Shown here: piece after piece, positions 34,973-47,352 of the stretch
Layout: each line of letters starts with the position of its first letter
How positions within the stretch are numbered: the first letter of the stretch is position 1
Source of the DNA: Wallemia ichthyophaga EXF-994
Lineage: Eukaryota > Fungi > Basidiomycota
Length of the DNA stretch: 62,000 nucleotides
NCBI RefSeq assembly: GCF_000400465.1
Contig: NW_008806283.1
Location: 144,001 to 206,000, forward strand
Direction: 5' to 3'
The notes under the pieces: generated by a model
What the model saw: the letters and a program-made list of their open reading frames with translations, nothing else
Database searches by the model: none
What the model was told of the DNA's origin: nothing
Position numbers and translations under genes: made by a program

Positions 34973-37900
34973 TCATTTATGATCTTTTTCGCGACAAGCA
35001 AGCTTCAATTAACGTCACTTAGACGACATTAGCAAAGAAACTTACATGAATGTTTCTTCCAATTCTTAAAGGTTATTAATACTACTCAATCACTCTTTCT
35101 ACACAAGGCTCAACTGCAAAATTTCCTTGGATGCCACCGATAATTCAATGCATCGCTATTTCTTTTTGCTGTCTGATATGACTGCGGGTAGAATGCTTTG
35201 GACGTTGTACCTTTCACAAATTTTGGTATGAAAGGAAATATAAAAGAGCATTGATCAGGTATTTCAAGTATGCTCTATCGTCAAGAACGGTCTCAGTCAC
35301 GTGCACAAATCGCCAGTATGCTGAGATGGTTTTGGTTGTGATTAGAGCGAGTAAGCTAAGAAGTAAAGGAAATTGACTCAAAATAGCGCGCATAAGTTGC
35401 AAGGTAAAGTAGGACGGTCATGTGGTAATCAATACCCAATGAAGTAGGGTCTTCCCAAGAAAGTCCAGTGCTAGTATTAAGGACATTTTTCAAACTCTAC
35501 AGAATTTGACATTTCGCACGAATTTGAGAATATTGAGATTTAATTTCTCAGATGATCTCTAAAACTCCTTAATTACCGAATGTGCTCAGAAATTGTAGTT
35601 TTTCGCAGTTCACAGTCAGAAAATTTAAATTCACCCATATATCAAAAAGACTTCGAACTGCTAGGTTGTGGGGTACTTCAAGTAATGGCTCACGGACAAA
35701 GGTGATTAAATCGAATCCACAGAAATGCTATGTTAATTTACTGGAAAAGACATAAGAGCAGATGCTCCAGTAAAGGAGGCTACTATGTACTATGTGGTTA
35801 TATGATGATAATACGTCTTGAAAATCCTCACACACGTTTGGGATAGGGCGTCAACGAGAATGGCAGAGACGATCCGATGGAGGGCACTTGTTTACTATGC
35901 AGCTAAGGATCAATACAGCTGCACAAATAATTTCCTGTAAGTCTTCTTGGTTCAAATACCTTGGCGTCGAGGGGCAGAGATACTAAAGAGTTGTTAGTGA
36001 TAGAGCACCGTACGTTGAGAATAGTTGCCAGCAGCGCGAACGAGTCCGACTGGAATCCCGTATTACTAACTTTAAATTAAAAGCAGCATTCTTCCAGTAA
36101 CGGCAATAGAGTTCCGCATCTTAAACCAATCCTCCACTGGAATTTATAGAAACCGGTTTAAGGAGAAGTCCACAAATGTTTCTTTTTGTAAATAATCTCC
36201 CTTTTGGTAGCGGAAGAATATTTCATCACATCTATTGTGAGATCAACATTTGCCTTTTATTAAGTTTATGTGCATTGAGATAGGCTTGAAACGAAAATTG
36301 GCCTTTAGAGCAGGAAGACTAAGTTATCAATATTCTGTATAATCTTTATAAATTGCGACCAAACCTGGATTATATTGTACCCACTTTTCAATAGTGCTGT
36401 CCCTTTAGCTACGCTAAAAGCTTGAAACCACAATTCCTTGGGTGTGTCTTCTCCTTATATTTTGTCATGTAGATGACAAAGTTCGGAAAAGTAAGTATCA
36501 GCAACGATATTTCGGTGCAAAACCAAAATGTTATGCAAAATGCCAAAATTTCCGTTTTCTCGACTAGAGATCCTTTGTGGCTAGAACAAAAAATCAGAAC
36601 AGCTGCCCATTAATACAATCTAGGATCGTAAATCCTTCTGTAGCATTTGAAGAAAAAATATCGTATGATAATTGAGTTATGATTTATTTTTTTCGTACGG
36701 AGACAACGTTAAACCGTGTACCATATTACACGACATTATTAGAACTCAATTTAAAAATGCAATAGACTCGATACGGGTTTCATGCTCACGTAAGGAATGA
36801 AAAGAAAAGCTTGACGACTATCTATTGATGTACTTATAAGGCGTACAAATCAGAAAAGAAATCATAATGATAAGCGAAAAGGCTTAAAATAACAAATTTG
36901 GCGCATGAGCTTCTGCCCACTCTTGCAGCCAAAGACGAGCACGAAAACTGCCTTTTTCAATAAAGTTCGTTATTGGATATCCTCAGCTTTTAAAAAACAT
37001 TCGTTTTCCACTTGGTGAAGAAAATTGTTTCAGTGAGGCGGTGCTTCCTTTTCAAGTTTTGAGTTAACCTTAACTGTCATTAAATGTAATTCAAATTCCT
37101 GTCACTACGTTCCGAACTTTTTTGAGACGAGTTATTTCAGTTTACTTTTACTGTTTTTATTAGTGCGTCATGTCTTGTTATAAAGCGGTTTTCTCTATTT
37201 CATCAGTTTGCTTTCTTTGAACTCTAGTCGCGCTTCAAGCTTTAATTACATGTCTCGATAGAATTTTGTCCGCTTTCTGCATCTTTCACTGATGTATGAC
37301 TTGAGGACAAATATCTTAAATTGAGATATAATTCTCACTTTCTAAATTTCGTGACTAAAGAACGTCTTCAATTTCGATAGGCTTATTTTACAACTGTTAG
37401 CTCGGAACGTTTTAGTAGAACGCATTTGTCTTTCGGCAAGAAACGGATCTCAAGAGTAAATTCGGGGCGTCGCTCGTTGACTTAAGGTGACTTGTAGCAG
37501 TTTAGAAATGAAATTTACTTGAAAATTCCGTCTCATTTAATGATTTTCTAAGAAGCTTTTAATTATCATCATGTTTTCGACATCTTGTTTTTTTATATAG
37601 GATTGATTACGTCAATGTAAATTTAGTATGATTGAACTTTTTTAATTATGCGATTTCCATTAATTCATATTTTCACGTTAACGGTAACTCTAATAAACAT
37701 TCAGATAGGAATAAGTTTTGTTTTAAACATTTTAACCGTTTTAAAACCTACATTGAATTCCTCGACAGTCTCTTATTGTAAATATAATGTAACGTTAAGT
37801 TCTAACCTGAAGTTAAGTGACTAAAGAATATAGGTCACTTTTACATGATCATACTGCGATTTCATACTTCAATAATATTTTGCCTGAAACATATGCTTTG

Positions 37901-38195
37901 ATGTATTACAATCAAGTTGAGAATATTAACGTTAAACCATGCGGAGTATAGGGAGGAATGAAAGACCGTTAATAGTATTATTAGGGAACGCGAAAGTCGA
38001 CGATAAATACAGAATTAGGATACGATCGTCTCCCAATGGTACTACCTTGTTATTAAATTGTTTCAGTTAACTTCTCCAGAAATGAATGTCACATTTACGA
38101 CCATGGATTTATAGTACTTATTTAAAAAGGAGCTTTTTTTTTTTTTCGGGCTCATGGGAAATATCTGACCTCACTTTTGTACCATCTGTCACACA

Positions 38196-38423
38196 TTAAC
38201 CAAATACAGATTCGATTTTTTGAATAATTCTACTAACTTGGTCGTGTATTTCGTTACATTCAAATTTAAAAACATACACATCTTCTCTGCGCCCTAGACC
38301 TTCATCAATCATTCCAACGCTCTTTAAATCACTTTTTTTAAGGTCGCCAACTTGAAATAAATTAAAGGTATCTTTGTTTGTACAATCAATCTCTATTTCA
38401 TGCACCATGCAAACATTAAACAT
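38196..38423 (-). CDS. Possible 75-aa ORF, unknown
   Basis: ATG-initiated open frame in AT-rich sequence, starting 28 bp after the stop of the upstream gene. No motif recognised. Confidence 0.25.
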   Translation of the reverse strand: MFNVCMVHEIEIDCTNKDTFNLFQVGDLKKSDLKSVGMIDEGLGRREDVYVFKFECNEIHDQVSRIIQKIESVFG

Positions 38424-38451
38424 AAATTAGCTCGATGCGCTGCAAACTATA

Positions 38452-41400
38452 TTACACCCGCCGCATGTTTGCGATGTGTGTACTCAGTTCGTTGAGAATG
38501 TTTCTGTAAGTGGCCAAATCAAGCCCAGTCATCAGGGCCGATTGAAGTGAGGCTTGAAGTGCAGCTTTGCTGCCTTCTGGACATCTTAGATTCTGAATGA
38601 TAGTCGATAGTATCAAGTCTCTGTTCAACCAAAGGTTCGTATCTTCGTAGTTGAGCATAGTTGAAATGAACTTAATTAGTCGTTGCTTCAGGGTTCGCGA
38701 AAAGGTCAATCTCATTAGTATAGCGTTGAGAGGTATTGCCAAAATCTGCGATAATACGTTTGCGCCATGTTTTCCTATGAACAGACGTCAGTATGACTTC
38801 TGTCGTAGTAATCCCAACTAACTATCAGCTGAGTGCTTGATGAAGCTTTCCATTCCATCAAGAAGAGTATATGAAGCGTTCCAATGCGAAGTGATTGCTT
38901 GGTTAAGAATATTGAGTAGAGTAGTGTTGAAGAAGTTTTCTTCAGACGAACTAATGCGTAAATTTATTGACCGCGGAAAGCTTCTCAATACCGTGCATGC
39001 AAGATCAATTGAGTCACTTTGCAAGGTAAGGTTCGACTGTATGATTGTTCGTGAAATTTTGAAGACAGGGTCTAAGTAAGAGAGAACAAATAAAGAGAAG
39101 TTTTTCTCATTATTAACATCACTGGCACTTCCATCCACAGCAGCCAGCTCTCTCAAAATCTTAGTTGTGGTCTCAACACCTTCACTAAACTCGTCGCTAT
39201 CGTCCATGCCCGTCTCGTATTTGATAGATAGATAGTTTTCAAACCACATATTCAATATAGGCGCTACGTAAGTTTGTGGTAATGCTCTCAACGTACTTTC
39301 ATCGTAATCCAAACCAAGGTCCATATTTTGTATTATTGAATAGAAAATAGACAGAACATCCATTTGTATATCGATGCGTGCTTTGTAGTGCTGCTGAACT
39401 ACTCCTATCAACTGCGACAAGACATCTTTAATGAAACTGACAGTCTCTATATATGTATAGGGATCTAACGTTTCACTTAATCCAACTAGAGCATTCAAGC
39501 CCATTTTAACATTAGTAATGTATGGATGCCTCTGTGAATTGGCTCCAAATTCTGGATTTTCAATTACGTTGAGCATAACGCTTATGAAATAGAAGATACG
39601 AGACTTGTACTGGCTGGTCTGTTCAGCTTTCCTATCCATCTTACTGATGTACGTTCCACAACTCTTAACTAGCTTTTTGTCCAGCTTGTACGGCCAATCG
39701 TGCATGTTCGATAAGACAATATCAATTATGCTGCCAAAATTGATTAATGCAGGTAATGTGGGAAGACTTTCAATCGTATCAGCTAATCCTTCTACCACTT
39801 CCTCTTCAGATTTCCATTTTAGTAAAGAATGTTCGATAACCTTTTGAAATTCAACGTAAAACCCTACATTATTCAACGCTTGTAGTGGCGGAAGCGACAA
39901 GCAATCTATCAGTCCATAGGTTCGCAGATATCTTGCCCAGAAACACTTCCAAATGATGCCAGACACGTTAGGTGAGAGACCCATATCACTTGAAAATAAG
40001 GTAGTCAATTTTGCCAAACTTCTCACAAGCATTGACAAAGCAGAAACTGTTTGTTCACTGGATATGATTTGAGTTGGAATCAATGGTGTTTCTCCGATGC
40101 CCTCGTCAGCTATTATCGATCCGGCAAATAAAACTAGCGTTTGTAATCTATCGTAGTTGCAGTCTGACAGAAAGCCTGACGTTTCGATAAGCATATTGTA
40201 CATGTTCAGCTTTTCAGTGACGTTATCCAAAATTGGCAGTGATTCCATTCTGCTCAGTTGAGCTAAAGGATCCAAGATGACTTTCATTTCTGTTTCAATG
40301 TCATCTAATTCTTCTTCGAAAACTTCCTGTGAATTATCCAAGGGTGATGCTTTATTTTCCAGCCATCCTTTGGCTATCAGGGTGCACATTTCTATTGGTA
40401 TGATGATCCTGTTACTTTCCAAACTGGCTAAGATGGATAGCCAGCACGCCAAAAAATCTGCAAACGCTTCAGCTCCTTGTGATAGAGAAGCACTTCCAAG
40501 TTGGAACAACTTCTGTACATATTCCTCGCCTTTCTGTTCGAGAATAACGTTTAGATTGCGAGATTGGAGCAGAGACTTATGGCATGAGAGCTTCGTACAA
40601 ATGTCCATACATTCGGCATTTTCAAGGTAATGCACAAGGCTGAGAGACCATCCATCTTTGTCTTGTGGGTGACTGCTGCTGAAGATGGCGTTCAAAACTT
40701 TCTTCATCATAAAACCAAGTGTTTCGTTGTCAAAAGTGTTTACAGACAGGATCAGATGAAGCACTTGAGGACTGGCTAGTTGAATAAGGACGCTGATGTG
40801 CATTGAGTCAGTCGCAGTGTTGTAAATGAAATCTTTTTGGTCGTTTCGATAAAGTAAAAGCGCCTCTAATGCTGGTATGGTATACTTGATGACATTGTGG
40901 TCGTGACTGTAGGTGAGGCTGTGTAATACGATGTTTGAGAGGACGGGAAGAACGTTGTCCTAAAAGCTGGATAAGCGTTGTAAGCCCAACAAAGACGAAG
41001 CATACCTCAAATGACTTAGTTTGAAGCTCATTGTCTTCATCAAGATTAATATTTTGCTCTTCCAGGATCGCGCGGGATATACCGACAGCTGCTGAAGGTG
41101 AAGATTGTCTGATGTTATTGAGAATGACGACCAAGTTTTCTAGGCTGGTAGCTTTAACGAGGGCTAAATGCGCCTTTACTGAAACGTATACTGGTACTGC
41201 TCTATCGCTGAGAATGTAACTGAGAAGACATTGACTGATCTCGGGACTTGAATTTGGGCTGATAGTGGTTATGAGCAGCGTAAGGAGATGAAAGTGTGCG
41301 TAATATTCCTGCGAGTTCTCTGGAGTTTCTATAAATCTCTGTATATCCACTCCCACGTAACTCACCAAGTACTGCAATCGTCAACAAAGGTATCTCATTT

Positions 41401-41510
41401 GGGGACAGTGCCTCATTCATAGCCAATAATTCATTCTCGCCTTGCTGCCTAGTCCCTGGATGTGTAAATTGCTGACACGCTTGCTCAATTCTTCCAATCG
41501 CAGCATCCAT
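38452..41510 (-). CDS. Karyopherin-beta/HEAT-repeat protein, exportin-4-like
   Basis: N-terminal importin-beta-like helix IEQACQQFTHPGTRQQGENELL, a long alpha-helical body across four ORFs joined by short introns, and C-terminal YRNILNELSTHIANMRRV resembling exportin ends. Confidence 0.55.
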
Positions 41511-41601
41511 CGCGATTGCTATCTTGGTGGATCAGGTTTAACGGTTAAATATAATATACAAATTACTAAAATACATTATTTACATTACTTGTTTTGACTG
41601 C

Positions 41602-43706
41602 TTATACTTCTTCACTCTCCGTCTCAACTCCTGTCATTCGCCTTTCACGTCCTTCCATAGCAGTTCGCTCTTCAAGTCTTTGCACACTTTCCTCGACATT
41701 GCCATTGTCTTCCCGTGTCATCTCTCTTAAACGTCGAGCCCTTGCTTCACGCTTTTTCAGCTCCTTTTCAGCTTCTTCTTTGTTTGCTTTGCCATACCGT
41801 ATCTGGGTGTTTGAATCTCTTGGACGCTGCGTCTTAATCATACCTGCTTTGTTTTTTTCATCGGTCTCCTTCCTACTCTCTTGCTCTGCATCAGCTTCTT
41901 CAGACTCGGCACCCGTAGGCTCTGCAGTGAGCTCTGCGACATCTTGACCGTCCGTTTGCTTTTCAGTTGCCCCAGCTGCCTTAGATTTCTTCTCTGTGTA
42001 GCCGCCTTCAATATCGCGCTCTCTTTCAGCATCCTCAAGTACCTTCTGAGAGTCTTCACCCTTAGACTCAACGCCCTCCTTGTCTTCATGTTCAACTTCC
42101 TGTCCATCCGCTAATTCTGCTTCCTTCCCTCGAATTTGACTCTTCTCCGCAATCCTTTGCGCCCGGGCACCTTTATCAATTTTTGGTCGCTTGAACGCTG
42201 GTCTATCCTTAGCACCCGGTACATGCTTAACAACTCTAGGACGCTTTTTGAAGCTAACGTTAGTCTCTCTCCTCGACAAGGATCTTTCAACAGCAGCGGT
42301 ATTAGACCTTTGGTCAAACGCAGCAACAAGCCACCTTAGGAAGTTAGCCAGTCTGAATTCTTCAAGTGCTTCTTTATCGTTATTCCACTCGTAATCCTTG
42401 CTGAGATGCGCCGTTGGATTCACTCTGATTCTCTTCTTCTGTGAAAGATCTATGGTAATTCCACAGAGGGTGGCTTTGACTGGAATCCACCTATCTAACT
42501 GCAAACCGGTATTTCTTATAAGAACCTCCTTAATCCGTGGTAGAAGCCTCGGAATATTGTCTTCACGAGCGCCTGACTTGGCCAACTTGCTTACTTGGGT
42601 ATGAGATATTGTTATGTCGACGACGTCAATATTTTTCCCGACTTGCAGAGGCAAAGCCCATCCAACAGAAAACTCATTTTGTCTCTTAGGAAGCACGTTG
42701 TAGTACTCAGAATACCACCATGTGTTTTCGATAAAGCTGTCGATTATTTCATGACCTGTATGCAAGTTGGACTGCGACCAGACACCATTTAGCCTCCAGC
42801 CCATCCATTCTCTAAACAGCTGAACAACTTGCGAGTCCATTGCACCTTCTAGCAAGATGGGCCACTTTGCTATAGTTGGGTCATCCCTCGGGTCGTTTTC
42901 AAAGGGATCAGAACGAGGAAGAATGACAAATACGCTTGTTTTGGAAGGGTATTTTTCTTCAAGGGTTGGTACGTCGGGAAGAAGCGCCTCCTTTTTAGAG
43001 CTGACGACGCGGTCATATTGCTTATTCCTCATTTTCCTATGGTCATCGGTTTCATTTCTGTTGCGCTTATCCTCTGCGAGTTTCTTCCTATTGCATTCAT
43101 CAAGAAATTTGTCATACTCTTCGGAAGCTTGAGCTCTAGCAGCATTGGTCCATGTTTTAGGTGGTGGATCGGTGTTGTAAGAGACTTCCAAGTCGCCAGT
43201 TGTGAGGACATTAGTACCGTCGGCCGCAGTAATAGAAGGGCAAACGATATAGAACATGATAGTTCCAGGCAAAGCCATATCCAAACCTTTATTTATCTGC
43301 ACATCAATCAACTCGATTGGTACGTAATGACGTGATGAAACGAAGCTTCTAAGTGAGTGTTCCAAGTCGGAGTAGTTTATAAGGGGTGTTATATTTGCTG
43401 GGCCATAACGCTCGCTCATTTCTGATGAATCTACTCGATATTTGAATTTAGAGAGAGGCGAGAGATTGTAGATGTTGTATGCACGTGAGAGGTACGTCTC
43501 TGTGGAACGTCATTAGCGTTTATTCAGCCCACCCATATTCACGCACCTGGTGGCATCCAATTGTAGGTCGCGCGAAGCCTAGCGCGATAAGCCTTGTCGT
43601 ACGCAACCTTGGCCTCTTGATTGTCGTGATCGACGGGATCTGGGGAGTCGTACTTTTCGATAAGATGCTCGTCGTCGACGCCGCGACTAAAGTTTAAAGC
43701 TGGCAT
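41602..43706 (-). CDS. CENP-L/Fta1-like inner kinetochore protein with long charged C-terminal tail
   Basis: An upstream exon (ATG 43706, intron 43546-43500 GTGCGT...GCTAAT...CACAG) joins in frame to the 605-aa ORF. It adds YLSRAYNIYNLSPLSKFKY, which resembles the CENP-L TLYSLTPLYKF motif. Downstream are KWPILLEG...LFREWMGWRL and VVDITIS...LIRNTGLQLD...KATLCGITID...RIRV. Confidence 0.6.
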
Positions 43707-44310
43707 CGTCGCGTATTTCCAATTTCAGCAGATCCTGATGATTGTCGGTGATGAAGATAAAAATGTGCATGAAGTGTGCTTCTGTAAATTTATTTTTGTT
43801 TGTGGGTGCTTAACTAGACATTTTAGTGTTTACTGCGTATCCCAGTATATTCAGATCAGCGCGTCGTGACGAAATGGGCTTGCAGTGGCAGCGGCAGAGC
43901 TTTAGATAAATGAATTTCCTGCTCCATACTTTCTTAGTGGTTACTGCTTCGCGTTCCTCGATTTTGAATCCTTAAAATATCGAGTAAATTCTGAGACCAA
44001 TGGCAGACACCAGCTCTGAAAATATTTCCAATAAGCTAGAATAAACCATCTTTTGGTGATTATCAGAAGCAAAATTCAAAACAAAACACCTCCTTTGCTC
44101 TGAAGAAGACACCGGCATGAGGTGCAGTGAACGTTCAACATCCCTCAACGTAGCGCATAATTTATTTAAGCGATGATTATGAAACATATTCTATGCATGA
44201 AACCTGAATAAGTGGGGCGTTTGACAGCGCCAAATTTGCACTGCGGCGCTCGACCCTGTTCGGAGAAGCTAATAATAAATAAGACAGCTACCGCCACAAC
44301 TACCATCATC

Positions 44311-45632
44311 ATGTTAGTAAAGCTTCTGTGTTTAGCGCTTCTGTCGATCGCAGCAGCCGGACCGTTGCAGCGTCGTCACGGAGAGCAAATTAGAGGCGTG
44401 AGCGATGCTGGTAGCATTGAGAATGTTAGCTAACGCAAAAAAAGGTAAACATCGGTGGTTTTCTTGTCCTCGAAGCTTGGATCACTCCTTCTATCTTTGA
44501 CAACACGGGCAATCCAGACATCGTCGACGAGTGGACATTCGGCGAGTACCAGGATAGCGATCAGGCAGAGGCTGTTATTAACAGTCATCTCGACACATTC
44601 TATACCTATAGCGATTTCCAAGATATCAAAAACGCTGGTTTGACTCACGTCAGAATCCCAATTGGCTTCTGGGCATTCGAAACTCTGGACACACCATACA
44701 TCAAGGGCAACAGATATGCAAAATTACAGGAAGTCGTCGGATGGTGCCGCGATATTGGTCTCAAAGTGTGGATTGACTTACACGGTGAGTGTCTTATCTT
44801 GTCTTACTCACATGACTAAAATATAAAAGGTGCACCTGGATCCCAGAATGGTCAAGACAACTCAGGACATCTTATGGACTACTTCTTATGGCCTACGGAT
44901 CAAAGCAATATCGAAAAATCCTATTACTATATCCAGATTCTCACTGATGAATTCACCAAGCCTGAATATGGTGGCATCGTGGATGCAATAGAGCTTATGA
45001 ACGAGCCACAAGTAGCAGCACGTCCATCAATGTACGATACTGTCAAAACATACTTTCAGAACGGATATAACATAGTGTCACCTAAAACAGCTACAGCAAT
45101 TGCCGGTGGCTTTATTGAACTTGATTCTTGGAATGATTTCTTAACATATCCTGGCGCAGAAAATGTCTACATGGACACTCACAAATACCAAATTTTCTCA
45201 AACCAGCAGATCCATCAGACTGATCAACAGCGTTTAGATTCAATATGCGCGTTCAAGCAAACGTTTGCAGAGCACACGGCTAATCAACATTGGGTGATTT
45301 GCGGAGAATGGACTTTGGCTTTCACAGACTGCGCAAAATATATCAACGGTAGAGGCAACGGATCTCGATACGACGGCAGCCAACCTGGATCAACTGCCGT
45401 CGGCAGCTGTGAAGGAAAGTCAGGCAATGGAGACAACTGGAGTGAGGATTATAAAAATAGATTGCGCTACATGTGGTACACACAGATCGACACATTCGAA
45501 AATGGTGGTCGTGGCTACTTCTTCTGGACATGGAAGAACGAAGACGCTGCAGATTGGTCTTACAAGCGTCTCCTCGAACTTGGCGTCATCTCCTATGATC
45601 CAAACGATTACCAACACGGTATCTGCGGATGA
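44311..45632 (+). CDS. EXG1: Secreted GH5 exo-beta-1,3-glucanase
   Basis: Signal peptide, IRGV, DEWTFGEY, GLTHVRIPIGFWAF, WIDLHG/APGSQNGQDNSG, catalytic ELMNEP and ICGEW. Two introns. Confidence 0.92.
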
Positions 45633-45742
45633 ACAATAGATATATTTACACAGTCTCGCTGGGATAGTGTTGACTGATAAAAATATTTGTATCTCGGATC
45701 TTATATATTCTTAATAAAAAAATGTGTATCTAATATTACAAT

Positions 45743-46827
45743 CTAGGTAGCAAGGTTGACGTCGTTGAGTGCGATGGCTATTGCTGCCTTATGATGGCCG
45801 TTGTACTGCCTCACAGTGTCACCGCTAGCGAGTTCCCATAACCTCGCGGAGTGGTCTGAGGATGCAGAGACGAGATAGGCTGAGTCAGCGGAGAAAGCAG
45901 CATCCCATACCCATCTCTGATGGCCGGTGAGCACCTTTTCCAACCTGAAGTCGTAATTATGGGTCGACCAAATCTTAATCGTTGTATCGGCAGAACAAGT
46001 AGCAAGATGCCTAATGGCAATTGTCAGATTATGAGCAATTGAAAGGTATCAGCTCACTTGGTATCGGGGGAGAGTATACATTTTGTGATATACCTACTGT
46101 GAGCAGGCAGCTTCGTTATTGGAGTGAATTCTGAGGCTTCGTATTCCTGATCGGCGCGTATCTTCCAGACAAAGCAATTACCTTTGTTGTTTCCAGCGAC
46201 GAGCGAGCTGCCGTCAGAAGCAATAGTGACTGAGCGAATGGGCACGTCTTCTTCGGGTACAAGTTCATGGCTGCAGGTGTTCTCACCCAAATCCCAGACT
46301 TTAACGCTTCCAGCTTGGTCGCAGGAGATGATCTCTCCTTGGTTTGGGTGTATGACAACGTCGTTGACTGGCGATGGATGATCGAAAGCCCGCTGTACAT
46401 GAGATGTTCTGTGGATTGAGCAATGAGAAACTAAAGCTACTATTATGACTGATAAGCTCACCTCGTGTCCCAAATCTTGACTGTACCATCCTCACTACCA
46501 GTCGCAATCCACTTCCCCTCAGCCTGGAAAACGACTGCAGTAACGTTTGCAGTGTGTCCGTTAAATGATTGTATCTAAGCCAAGTAAGAAAAGCGCCGTA
46601 ATCAGATTAGAGCAGAGCCATACCGGGTTTGGGTCGCTGCTATTGATATCGTAAAGTTTTACAGAGGTATAGCCTGCGGAGGCTAGAAATTTTTTGTCTG
46701 GGCTGATAGCGAGCCTATTGACGGAATCTGAGTGGTGAATTGTCCGTGAGCATCCACCGCTCCAGGCCTCCCAGAAGCGTATCGTGCGATCGTAGCCCGC
46801 GGAGGTGAGAATAACGTCGGCGCTCAT
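45743..46827 (-). CDS. LST8: TOR complex subunit Lst8 (WD40)
   Basis: Contains VILTSAGYDRTIRFWEAWSG, VNRLAISPDKK, EIISCDQAGSVKVWDL and GHQRWVWDAAFSADSAYLVSASSD. Three short introns. Confidence 0.93.
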
Positions 46828-47352
46828 TTCTAGTTAAATGCTAGTAAATCTGAAATGCACTGTACGTGCGAGTGATGTCAGCGGTGGAAGCGGTGAAAGT
46901 GGAGAATTGAGTGAGGGATACAAATTAATTCCTGTCAGGCTTAAGGAGGGAATTAAATAACTCAATTATCCTGTGAAATGCTTTCTCTCCACGCTGTTCG
47001 CCACCAGCCAGATACAGACTCGCAACCACACTCATGCAAGAACTTTGAGGTGGTAGTAATATGTGAAATATGCATAATGTATCGGAGAATATCCCAGAAA
47101 CTTCTCGCGCCACCTACTCACGCGTTATTACTTCTCACGCAAGTAATGATTTGGGCCTGATGCAATCGTCAGCGGATTGATAGCGGAAACCGTGCAACTC
47201 AATGGGAGACATAGAGCAAGCGTTCCCAATCGTCTGCATTACCCACATCCACCTTTAAAATTTACCCGTGGAACTACATCGGATGAACTAATTGCATGTT
47301 TTAGCGGATTCCAGGTATAAATGACGCAAATCAATTGCCGCTTTTGCTTCTC

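Noticed and set aside
43448-43706. Initially read as a separate 69-aa gene
   Set aside because: A recount shows the frame stays open into MSERYG, so it is exon 1 of the CENP-L-like gene.
24317-43706. DSN1 and the CENP-L-like gene flanking the putative centromeric gap as a functional cluster
   Set aside because: They are about 15 kb apart with many unrelated genes between them, so co-occurrence is likely coincidence.
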